From NCBI RefSeq assembly GCF_964355755.1, contig NC_092674.1:22816001-22880000 (forward strand): a stretch of 64,000 bases of DNA. Reading direction: 5' to 3'. Positions 28,201-40,583 of this stretch are shown one piece after another (within the stretch, counting starts at the first letter, position 1; each line of letters starts with the position of its first letter). The notes under the pieces are model-generated. The model was not told the DNA's origin and did not search any database. It saw nothing but the letters and a program-made list of their open reading frames with translations. The DNA comes from Antedon mediterranea. Taxonomy: Eukaryota; Animalia; Echinodermata. Both the position numbers and the translations under genes were made by a program.

Positions 28201-28825
28201 ACTTCCTAGAGGGGAGCGAGCGAACTAGAGGTCTAACCCTCTAGTTAGACGTAATTGTTGTTGAATATTTGATATAAATTGTTAAGTTGTTCCATACTTT
28301 TGCAAATCCAACTTTGAACGATTATTTAATTTAATAGTCATAGTGGGGTATTATATATCTGTTATATAGAGGACATTGACAACTTTAGACAGCCTTATAT
28401 TTACAATTTACAATCCTGTGAGAAGTGACAATTTTAGAACATTGTGTACAAACAACAATTTATGCACACATATTTAAAAAAAATTATTTAAAGAATTTAA
28501 TTTTTAGTGGCGGCCATTTTGAAATCCAAGATGGCCGACAGATTATCGCTTTACATAGTTAGGATTGTATAATGGGTACAGTAATACCATCAAAACGGAC
28601 TTGTTCCACATTCATAATTTGTATTTTAGGTGATATTCTGATTTTTAATAGGGTTATTTGAATGTTGGCGGCCATCTTGAATTTGGTCCTTTAAATGTCC
28701 TTTGAAAAAATGGCAACATATTTTTTTTCATTCCTTATATTATCAAGATATGAAATAAAGTCAAAGTTTGCTTTTAACAAAAAATATACACGACATTCAT
28801 ATAAACGACATACCAGCCTACACTA
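25231..28825 (-). mobile_element. Decayed DNA transposon, probably Academ-like
   Basis: Termini TAGTGTAGGC...GCCTACACTA with ~140-bp imperfect TIRs, 3-bp TSD TAT on both sides, and repeated aa(a/g)atggccgcc subterminal motifs. Stop- and frameshift-ridden minus-strand peptide traces (RPGEL; ILNGKH..R..AH) recall this transposase family. The superfamily call is from memory of TAG termini with a 3-bp TSD. Confidence 0.55.
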
Positions 28826-31485
28826 TATTATTGACTTGATTAATTTCCTTCAAATGACGAGGCAGCTCCGACATCAGTATGTCTTTGATAATCGAGGGTT
28901 TTAAGCTTTCAGTAAGCAATGTCTTCTAATTACTAAATACCTCTGATCATGGGCGGTTTGTTGAATATCGACCATTTGAAAACGATAGCAGCAGTACAGT
29001 ACGCGGATTAATAACATGGATTAAATTCCTAATCACGATTTCCAAATACTCATTTTACCTTGTTTTCTTCACAATATTTGTTAAAAGTGCGGAATTTTTC
29101 TCAAATCATGCAGGTGTTTGACATTTTCTAGGTTTTGCTTCATCCTTCGCATTTTGAATTAGGATATCAGTATATTCAACTGTTTCGAATGGATTTGGAA
29201 GAAGAGCAATCTCTTAAAGTCGTTTCGAACTATAATTGCGAATATGCTCTGTCAATTCCAGAACATTAAATTGGACATCTTCAAATTCTTCTGCAATTTT
29301 GTTCATGATTTGTTCCGCAGAAATTTTGCCGCTTTTGCATAATGCTTCTTCAAATCTCCAGAGTCTTTCTTAAATCTGAATTTTAAAGCTTATATTTTTA
29401 TGCATACTACTTTTTTTGTCTAGTTGATATGGTCCAAATGAAGATAATGTCTATAGTTTACCAAAACATTTAAAATGGGCGACATTTATAATTTTTAAGT
29501 CCTATATATCTCCTTAAGGGTTGGTTTTAGAACAACTATAGAAGTGCATTAGGAGTAGATATAAATGTGATATTAGACATTCCTTTACATAATGTAAACT
29601 ACCATGTGACGTACCTATTACGTCATAAGGTAGCTGTGATGTCATGCAGTATATTATGTTACAATAACTACAACTTAAAACGAAAAAGAAATTTCTGAAT
29701 ATGTTTATTGTTGAAATGAAAATCATATCCAAAGTTGATCAAAATCGGATATCAGAAAGTGATTAGGTCAAAAAAGTTATCTTGGTGTAAACGAGTCAAA
29801 AAATATGGAGTAGGTAGGTAAGTAGGTTTTTGCTACAACGAAAAAATGAATTAAAGAAAAACTTAATTTCACTTTTGTTCAGTACTTTAAGTACAGTATA
29901 TTTAAAAGAAACTTTTTGAATACGGACAATCTTTTCCTTCATTAATGCATTTATCACACACTGACAATACAAGTATGTACAGTTCTCTGTGGATAGCTCA
30001 TTCTGGTCAAAATCAGCACACAACAAACATTTCGAGATAGTGCATTTGTCATTCATATGAACTGCTGTACAAGGTATTTCCCTTTCGCACAAGAAGTTCA
30101 GTCTTACGAGGGTTTTTTTTCGAAGTCACATAGCCTAACGTCAACCAGGCACTGAAAATCGTTGCTATTGTTGCATAGCTAGATACACACTCTCATGCGG
30201 TAGCAAACACTTGATCTGGAATACACGAGTCTAAAATAATTATGTACGGCCAATAGGCGACGTTCTATCTACGACGTAATTTTAGTTTTTTCTATTGTTT
30301 TATGTGATCGACTACAGAAACGGTTGCCACGTGATTAACTGACGAAGTTATCTAATGCCAATTGTTCTGAAAACAATACACAATACACGAAGAACAGAAC
30401 TTTTTTTAATGAATTAGTTTGGTTTTATAGATTTATGAAATGTTTATTAATTGTATTGTAATAATCATGTAATATTACTCTTTCCTGTAATTTTTTATAC
30501 AATTTAATTGAACAATCGTTTAGTCGAGGACGATAGGGTAGTTGCCAACCTTCTTCAGATTATTACGGTCAACCCTGAACTTTTTCAAAACGATCCTTCT
30601 CTTTCTGAATTAAAGAGATCCACACACTTTCATCTAAGACTAATCAGTTCTAGCATATAACAACATTGCACTTTCGATGACGCAATTAGGAGTTCAATAG
30701 AATATTTATAAAATATCATGTGACCCACATCGTTCAATCAAATGACAAGGACCTATTTATACTCAATGTAAAGGAAACGACAGAAACCATAAATCTCACA
30801 CACCAATAATGATGCTCTGAAAATATATAAAACGACATGCTATTAAAAGGAGCATTAGGATTACCAAAGTGCCATTCGCCCATGCATGCATTTTGGGATA
30901 ATTGTATTTTAAATTTACACATAGATCTGAAAATCAATTTTTTTTTTTATGTACATAGCAAGTGGGTTTATTTATACAAAGTTAGTTCAAATAGCTTAAA
31001 ATGAGCTGAAATAGGTGAAAGTGAGTTTAAATAGCATCAGTGAAATGTTCAGAAAGTGCTTTATATCAAATAGTTATTCAATTAAATTCATTAACTTTAT
31101 AAATTGATTATATAATACGAATGTGTTTCGTTTAAATTATTCTTATAACACACTTATATATTTTAATTTGTATTTCGTAAATTTTCATTTTAAAATTCAG
31201 GTCCGGACATAATAACAAATGCGTTATATCATGGAATCAAAATGAGTACTGTCAACTTCGAAACGAACAGCTTGCGAGTTTTCAACAGTAGAATTTGTTG
31301 TCAAATGACAGCCTTGCGTGTCGAGTCTGAACCCCAAACATCCATCCTCGTGTAGGCTTTTGTGTACTTTCCACTTCGAAACGTACAGCTTGAATTAAAT
31401 TGATGAAACTTTATCAGTTGATTATATAATACGAATGTGTTTCGTTTAAATTATTCTTATAACACACTTAAACGAATACGTTATA

Positions 31486-34028
31486 TCATGGAATAAAACT
31501 GTGTTCGAAAGAAATACTCTCGGGTTCAATTTCAGTACTTTTCACTTCAAAACGAACAGCTTGTGAGTTTTCAACATTAGTATTTGTTGTCAAATGACAG
31601 CCTTGGTTGTCGAGTATAAACCCCAGACATCCATCCTCGTGTAGGCACTTTATTCCACATTTTATGCAGCTTCGTTCAATGTTTAAATGATTGATATCTG
31701 ACTGACATCCACTGGTATTCTTGTACGGCTTGTAATAGGCACAGGATTTACCTGTTAAGAAAACAGATCTTTTTCTGAATTATTTAAATACTTGTTATCA
31801 AACAGTAAACCAGAAGGAATTCTAAGCCACAATATAAACCGTGTATCGTGTTTTATCAAATACTAAACAGATTTCCTCGTGTTTGATCATTCTCATTTTT
31901 TGTTGTAAAGTTATCTCCATGTTTTGACAGTGATACTACTGCATTACTCATAATATTAATTCGATTTTTCTTTGATTTATTTTCTGAAAGATGCATTTTC
32001 CTCATGCTTAAAAACGTTCCTCAAGTGAAATATTTTTTTAGGAAATGAGTTCAGGGCAAACAAAAAGTTGAAATGATATGCAAAATCATCGTCTAGTTGC
32101 GTTAAAATATTTAGCTCAGGCTCAATTTTAATTATTATTATTTACATTATTTTTATATAGTACAATATCAGTCATCCTCTTTTTATACAAATCGAAAAAA
32201 GCCTCAGTAGGGGAAATCGCAGCTATTCGCTCTTGTAGGGTAACGGGATTCTCTGCATAAACACGATTCACGGGAATAAATTCGCCTGTCGAAAGAAATT
32301 GGCTCTTTAGACCAAGCTCTTGTCATCTGCAAATCAAATGGTACGAGTCAAATAGCTGATCGGTTAAGACAGGGGCGCCGTTAATTAACTGTACCTAAAG
32401 AGCAAACAATATCGGCATGGGTATTCGAGGTTGAACAAGTATTCTCGGATATGGACTATAAACCTTTCTCCTCAAGTAATATGTACCACTAATGATATCC
32501 ACAGTAATTGGAACATTCTGTTGAATTGAGTTATTTGTATTCAAAGTATCTTCTCTTGGAACGGATCTATACATAAACTATCTGAAAACTTTCAAAATAC
32601 CACTTACATGTTATTTGGTCCATGACGTCAGTTTCTGACACACTGGTTGAACCACCTCCTCCTGCGACAATCGTAGAAATAGAGAGAGAAATATCACAAA
32701 CATTATTGATGAACGAGATTCAATGCAAAAAGCACAAGTTGCCAGACTGTATAGCCTAAAACTTTAGCATAGCTTTAAAGATGTATTTTTTTTTTAATTC
32801 AATCAATTCAATTACTTTATCTGTTTACTTTTGTTAATTACATTATTTTAGTTTTCATGACAAGAATAATTTATTCTTCTAGTATAGATCCTCAATATGA
32901 TATTGAAATAAAAATAAACGTTGTTAAAGAAGAATTTATTTTTTTTATATATTATTCTCATAGGCCTACAATTTTAACCTTTTTTCAACATTCATTTTTA
33001 ACTTTTTTATATTTCATCTTTTCTATAAAGTTTGTAATTCGCTAAATTTCTTGTTATTGTAAGTATTTCTTTGTGGAAAACCTCTCGGTTGTTATTTATC
33101 TTTTCTCTTTGATTTACAATTTTTCTTATGTTGTTCGTTTTTGTAATTGCGAAATAATAATCTCTCTATTGTTAAAAAAAATAGTTGACAAATGTTGGTA
33201 ACGTATAGCTATTAAGCTAATCAAAGCTTATCAGGAACTAAATGTACATACTTAACATGACTTTTTGAATAAAACAATTACAAGTCGGTTTAACAAAAAT
33301 TTAACTTAATTTAACAAAACCAAATAAATACGAATAATTAGTTTATATTATTTAAGATAATTTATTTCAATTTAATGGTACCTATCAAATAACATATTTT
33401 TAATTCTCTTAATGATATAAATCTATTTCATTCCATAACTTAACTGACGCCATTAAATGATATCCTTTGTTGGCCTAAATCTGTATGAGGGTTGGAAATA
33501 TCTGCAGAGAGTACTGTTTCGATCTTATTAGATCTCGTCAGTGCAGCTCAGGTTTCGAAATGAAATGTACCGCAGAACTGGCACAATAGGCTGAGCCATG
33601 TATGCGGGACATGGTACACTGATTATGAACACAAAGAGTGCACAAGCTCAACGAGCGTGCTTTGCAAAATGCTAATAGTATTCACAACAACAATGCACCG
33701 TTTCGAAATGAAGAGTGCTCTACAAAACAACATACTATATATATTGTCCGAGTTCGAGTCTCGATTGGGGCGACTTTTTCTCATTCTCACAGATTTCCTC
33801 ATCTTTATCGCTTCAAATTAATTAATTAAATTTCAGTATATCACTGGGCGGTTTAGAATTAATGTTCTTTGCCTCTTCGGAGATCCCGCCTCGTGAATAA
33901 AAATACTGAAAGATGAGGGCGTATCAGTTTGATCTCTGGTGCGCGTGCGTACAACTGAGGACTAGTGCTGTTCCGCCGTACCACGCCGAGAATGGAGATA
34001 CAAAAAAAAAGCGAAAAGCTAAATCAAT

Positions 34029-34059
<31 letters not shown>

Positions 34060-37000
34060 TATATATATGTTGCTGTTTCTTCTGTTGTTTCTCTTATACA
34101 AATAAACTGCTCTATTTTTAACGAGGCAAATATTCACACAATCAAACTTACAAACATTCATTATCTGTATACTATTCTATATTCTACGTACCTGTTTCGA
34201 TTATCAAACGATCTTGCTCAGAAGTAGTTGTCACTTGAGCAACTATACCAAGATGATTGCCATTTACGTCGTATTTGCTCATACCGTAATTAAAATCTCT
34301 CACGTAAATATGTTGAGCAAGCGCGTTAAAAGATATATCATTAGCACCAGCGAAATGTTCAAGAATCACTGTATTTTCAGTGCCATCATAGCGAATTGAT
34401 CTAATCTGCTTATCTACCAGAATCACCCAATATATTTTCATATCTAAATGGTAAATGGATGAGAAAAAAATTTACCGTATTTCAATTATTATACAGACTA
34501 TAATATTCAACATATTATTCAGTATTGACTGCAAACTATACGGAGTATACATTAACCTACACGGTTTTGTAAGTTTTGCAAGACCATATCAGAGCATACT
34601 ATATCGCGCACTGGGTTTTCGGTACTTTTTTTCCATGATTAATGCTAATAAAAATATGGTACCGTACCAAATCGCTAAGAAGTAGAATTTGATGGAATTA
34701 GATGGAAAAATTACTGATTTTGTTCTTCTTTTTTAAAGTTAAGATAACTTTTTTAAGAACAGCTCTTTAGAAGTTCTTTTCTAAAGTAAGGAGAAAGATT
34801 GAATTGGTACCTGTACAAGTAACTTTTTTACGAACACTTTCTTCTGAAGAAATGATTATACTATAAATAAACAAGAAATATTTCTTACAAAAAACGCTGC
34901 TCGCTTATTGACGTAACAGTTTTAAAGACATATTTTCCCTCTGAAAAATATTTTTTATTTCAAATTTGTTTTTGAATGTGTCATTTTATTGTCACATAAT
35001 AGTTATTTTACCTGAAAAAATGTAATTTAAAGCAAAAAATACTTCAATTGTCTGTCAGAAAATGGTTTTTGAGTTATAATTAAACGTTTCTTTTTTCTTT
35101 TTATAATGTGAATTTTGTTATAGAAGTGAATAACTTTGATATGAAACACAGACTCAATTTAGTTTAATTTATTGCTAAAGTCAAGTCTGGGGGTCACTTC
35201 ATCACGCCTAGATACTTTCATGGACTGTTTTGATAATAATTCAATGATTATTTAATAGCCAATTACAGTATTATATAATGTCATGGGACTCATAAATACC
35301 AGAAATGCTTTGGGATTTGGGACCGTTAGACTGTTTCCCAGACGGTTTTTTTGGGTCCAGCAGCTGGTACCTATCAATTATAGTCGAGAATCCTTTTTTC
35401 GCAAAAATGTCAATGTTTAGTACTAAAACTGCTGCTTGATTTCATCTAATAAATGAGTCATCTCTTGTGACGTATCGGGCTAGAACAGCAGCGTGATAAA
35501 CAGACTAAACTCAAACGGAGACTATTCTTGAAGAAGGTGTTCGTGAACAAAAAAATTGTAAAGGTAACATTTTACTTAATACGTTTTATTTTTAAATTGC
35601 TTTGTTTTCAAATTCATTCATTCATCATTAACTTTCGTATGAGTGTAAACATGGGTCATCCATAGATAAACGAAACTATTTTATATTGGCAACAAGGCAA
35701 CACAATGCTGAGCTTGCCTTGCCAAGATAGGAACTGTTAACAGTCCTTAGATCTTATGATTGGCTGCGACAAATCCATACTAGTTGTGGTTACAGCCTTT
35801 AATTTTCATCAAAATTATGTATATAACTATGTATAAATACGTTTCATGATGTGTATTCTTATTTTATTTTATTTTGGTTCTTTTAAAATTCCGATGTTTC
35901 GTAAAAACATGAAGTTCTAATAGATATCTATTTTTCCTAATAGTTTTCATCACAAATAACACAATAGATCAAACAGTAAGTTTAATCAAGCGTTTGGGGG
36001 CGTGGAACTAATCGTGTCGCAACCACAGATAAACCCTATGATCTATTGGAGCTAAGCATCCTGTTACTACAATTCCTAGGTTATAACATGTACCTGTATG
36101 TATATTCATTGTGGGGAAATAGATTTCTGAATTTTAGACTAAAAGATGATTTGAAATAGCTTCATATCCAAAATTAACGTATATTATTAATAACTAATCT
36201 TAATATTTAATTCTTTTTTTTAAATACTATTAAACGTACTTAAAGAATATGGTACAAGTTTTTCCATTGATATTTTCAGTAACAAACAGATTTTAACGGA
36301 TTTTTTTTTAAGTATTAAAAGAATAATTTAGGTTTAATAATTACTTATTGTATCAATTGCCAAGCTATCACAGCTGGTTTCTATTATTGTCATCTTTTGC
36401 ATAAGTGCACTTGACAAAACGTAGTTGATACTGAGTTTGTAAACGCAATATACAACATATCTGGATAAAGAAAAAGAAACATTACATTCCATAATACCTT
36501 TATGACCCATGTGTATACTGTTATTTACCCCCAACGTTTTCCTCTCTGGACATTTCCCAACTGGAATTTTTCACACAGCTGTTATGATTTTTATTAGGCC
36601 TTTACAAATATTGTTCAAACCAAGCGATATGTGTATTACGTAGCTAATTTGTCATTAGGTAAGTCTTGATCTTTTCATGGATCCAGTGCATTCTAATCTG
36701 AATTAAAACAAAAGATCTAGCTAGCGCACTTTGAAATAACCTGTCGCACACTGGAATAATCGAGCTGTCTGTCACACTTTGTAATAATCTTGTTGTCACA
36801 CTTTGTAATTTTAGTGACTTTACGAAACACGACGGGAAGCAATAGGACGGTGGTCATGGATAATTTATGCATGAGCTTTAACAAAGTGGGCGGAGGTTAT
36901 CGGGAAATTGCGTCGTCTTAACTTTTTGAGAACAATAAAGTTGGCATTTCCCGTTTACGGAAAACGACTAGAAATAATGTGAATATAACCTTAAATATAC

Positions 37001-40000
37001 AGTTCAAATTACGTTTAAACGTGGAATTTCCAAAACTCTAGATAATAAACTTCTATTTTAAATTTAAAGAAATATCATTTTTATTGGGTTAGAATGGCTG
37101 TGTTAAAAGCGGCGTTTAAATGCGAGGCTCTAGCTAGGAAGGTTAGGCATATGCTGCATCACCAGAGTCAAGCGATTCAGAAGTCGCCACGAGACAGGGG
37201 AGAATCGGAGAGATATACTGTTCGGTTCGTAACTAATAAACGGACAAGATATTCGTCGTCCTCCCCTAACCGTCGTGTTTCGTAAAGTCCCTAATAACTG
37301 CTGTCGCGTTTTGGAATAATCGAGCTGTCACACTTAATAATAACTACTGTTCCATTACTTGTGTAATGTGGAAACGATGTGTATGATGCAAGATAGGCTA
37401 CTTTTGCACGCGTTCACGAATTTCAGGGTCATTTAAACAAGTACTCAAAATTACTATTTGAAAGTCAGAGCTTAATTTATAAGGTATGTTGCAATATAGC
37501 CTATTACAAAGTACAACAGGTATTACACAACGCGAATGTATACACGTAGTAACTTCTCCGCATACACACAATGAGTTCACAGGACCTAATGCTTGGTTTT
37601 TAACTAGGAGGCAACGAAAGTACGAAAGAAGCGCAACGCAAGTAATTTGACCAATCACAAGAGATGGATTATCCGAACTGTCGTTTGTCAAGTCGCTTGC
37701 GTCTTTGCGTTGGGTCACTAGCGGGAACCACGTACGTCGTCGGTCGTAATTTTTAATATTCGCACGTTCATTATTCATTAAATTTGTAATGAGTGCAATT
37801 AGTAATTTACCCATTGTTGTAATCCACTTCTACATCTATAATTATAGCAGTCTCTCTTAAGAAGGTCGAGTCCACTTCCGTAGACATGTCATATACGTGG
37901 ATAGCGTTAAAAGCGTCTCCATAGTAAATTTTTCCTTCATCAGGACTTATGTCAATACCTCTTATAGCTAAAGAATGGAAAAAGAAACACCGATAGCATT
38001 TGTAATTAAATACTGGAACAAGTGTGAATCAATGATATATTATATTGATACGATAAAGATGAGGAAATCTGTGAGAATGAGAAAAAATCGCCCCAACCGA
38101 GACTCAAACTCGGACCATCTGCTTGATATGCAGTTGCCCTAACCATTAGACCACTGGGGCTTTCATGGTATTGTTCAAACTCGATTGGATAGCGACTCTT
38201 TAACATTCATGGCGTGGTACGGCGGAACAGCACTAGTCCTCAGTTGTACGCACGCACGCATATATATATATTTTTGATCAGAGTAAAGGCTGGAAGGAAC
38301 TGCTGATCTCCCTCTCCTCCTCCCCTACCCTCCTCCCCTACCCTCCTCCCCTACCCTCCTCCCCTACCCTCCTCCTCATTTGGAGTTAGTTTACACTATG
38401 TTATACAGTATTCTTATTGTATTAGTTCTATAGCTTATACATAGTTCACCTGAATTTTGTTGTAATAATATATTGGCATGATAAGACATTTTAGTTCATT
38501 TGTGCAGTTGTAGAAAAGTTACTACCCATCCAACAAAAATACATACCAGCAGATAAAACAGTTTCTTCATGAAGGTCCACTAACGATATTCTTTTCAATT
38601 CACTATTGTCGGCCCAGTAAACAATCTGATTGACGGCATCGAATGCTAATTGATATATGTAAAATACAGTTATCGGTAGTTTTTCCAAAGTGCCAACTGT
38701 GCTCTCAGAAATGTCCCCGTCAGTGTCGGAATAGGTATAACTTATCGATCGATCAGTCATAGACGTTACAATGATAACGGTTTCTGTCAGTTAAAAATAA
38801 TACGATTACTTGTCTGCAATCGGACATATTTTCATTCATTTATTTTCAGACCAAAACTCACAGTAGTGTCCTATAACAATGCTATAACTAACAATATTGA
38901 TTTGCATTAGAAATAATGTAGGCCCACATCCCTACCACTTAAATATATCTTTAAATAGTTTTCTAAATATGTTTTCTCCCCTACAAACATGAAAATGAAG
39001 ATTAATTAATTCAAACTTTGACTATGTTGTTTTGTAGTTTTGATCAAGCTATTCACTTCAGTAAAAAATGAATGTTTTCACTTATAAAAATAATGACAAA
39101 ACAAATGGTTAAATTCTATCAAAAACTCATTGACTGGCAACCAATTTGACTATGTTTTTCTCTAAATTACATTTTCGGGTAAATAAATTGTAGATTATAT
39201 ATATATATATTATATATTATGCGACAAAGAATTATTTTTCAGAGGGACAATACATCTTTAAAGTATTAAATTGTTGTATAGGTTGTATGGTGAATGAAAT
39301 AATATAATGATTTTGTTTGTGTTAAAAATAAAATAAAGCAAATTTCAGAATGTCTCGATGTTTCGGTTTTTGTAATTGTCTGGAAGAAAAGTTTTCTAAC
39401 ACATTTACACCCAGTAATTTACTTTCATAGTTTCAGAGTATATTATTCTATTTTCTAGGTAATTTTTGCTTATAGTCTTAATATTTTCTATAATTACTAA
39501 AAATGATATTGTTTATATACTAGCCTAGGAAATCATCCTGTATGATAATCTGTCCTAAGTCCCGGAGGATTCAATTTAAACCTATTAGGCCTATTACCAT
39601 TAATGGCAAAAGCTTAGAATATGTTGACGCAACCACATATCTTGGTCATGTTATCTCCTTGGATTTATGTGATGAGTTTGATATAAAGCGGCAATACAGA
39701 TCTCTGTGTATCCGAGCCAACTCCTTGGTCAGAAAATGTAGTATGTGTTCTATCAATGTGAAATGTGTTTTATTTAGAAAATATTTTGTAAATATGTATT
39801 GTGCTACATTATGGTGCAACTATAATCAAGGTACCTTGCGATCTTTCCAGGTATGCTACAATAATGGTTTCAGAATGTTGGTGCAAAGGCCTCGAAATTA
39901 CAGTGCCAGCCTCATGTTTACGGAATGTAGAATTCCTTCTTTTTATGAATTGTTAAGAAAATCAATATATGGGCTGATGTGTAGACTTAATGCAAGCAAA

Positions 40001-40583
40001 AATATTTTAATCTCAATGATTAGTTAAGTCGAAGATGCTCTCCAGGTGGAATGTCATTCTGAGATGAGTAGTAGTAATTAGTCTTGTTTTATTTCATTTA
40101 TATGTAATTTTGTACTTTCTGTGGACCAGAGTTTCCAAAATAAAAGATTGAATTGAATTGAATTAATAAACAGTAGATTAGATATGAAAGCAAATAATAA
40201 TATTCACTTGAGTTGGCTAAGTTACACAATAAAATCAGGTAACAATACATAGGTTGTATGGTGAATAAAATGATACAAAGATTTCGTTTGTGTTAAAAAA
40301 AAAATTTAAAAAAATAAAGCAAATTTCAGAATGTCTCGATCTTTCGGTTGTTGTAATTGTCTGGAAGAAAAGTTTTCTAACACATTTACACCCAGTAATT
40401 TACTTTCATAGTTTCAGAGTATATTATTCTATTTTCTTGGTAATTTCTGCTTATAGTCTTAATATTTTCCATAATTACTAATAAATATTAGATTACATAT
40501 GAAAACAAATAATAATACTCACTTGAGTTGGCTAAGTTACACAATAAAATCAGGTAATACACAACAACGCTAAAACGAATCAT
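31486..40583 (-). CDS. Paralogue C: secreted YWTD-type beta-propeller + PAN/apple-like domain protein, 6 exons, 362 aa
   Basis: Exons 40523-40583 (MIRFSVVVYYLILLCNLANS), 38547-38783, 37811-37967, 36345-36460, 34192-34443, 31486-31751. Exons 1-5 have the same lengths as in A (61, 237, 157, 116, 252). Open frame throughout; exon 5 is ~80% identical to A at protein level. Confidence 0.88.
36814..37291. mobile_element. MITE with ~23-bp TIRs; related inverted partial copy at ~2058-2282
   Basis: gtgactttacgaaacacgacgg...ccgtcgtgtttcgtaaagtccc flanked by TTA/TAA; 37105-37291 is reverse-complement-similar to 2058-2282. Confidence 0.6.
38313..38377. repeat. 13-bp C-rich minisatellite (cctcctcccctac) x ~4.5
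   Basis: Direct tandem repeats; G-rich on the transcribed strand of gene C. Confidence 0.8.
39530..40165 (+). mobile_element. 5'-truncated non-LTR retrotransposon (RT C-terminus + 3' UTR) in intron 1 of gene C
   Basis: ORF 39542-40027 (LEYVDATTYLGHVIS...DIKRQ...CSINVKCVLF...YCATLW); aataaa followed by an (attga)n tail at 40139-40165. Confidence 0.75.

Noticed and set aside
38090-38162. Functional tRNA gene on the minus strand
   Set aside because: A/B-box-like motifs are present, but the T-loop and stems are degenerate and it is embedded in a repeat; treated as tRNA-derived. The same applies to SINE heads at ~46975-47035 and 62890-62972.
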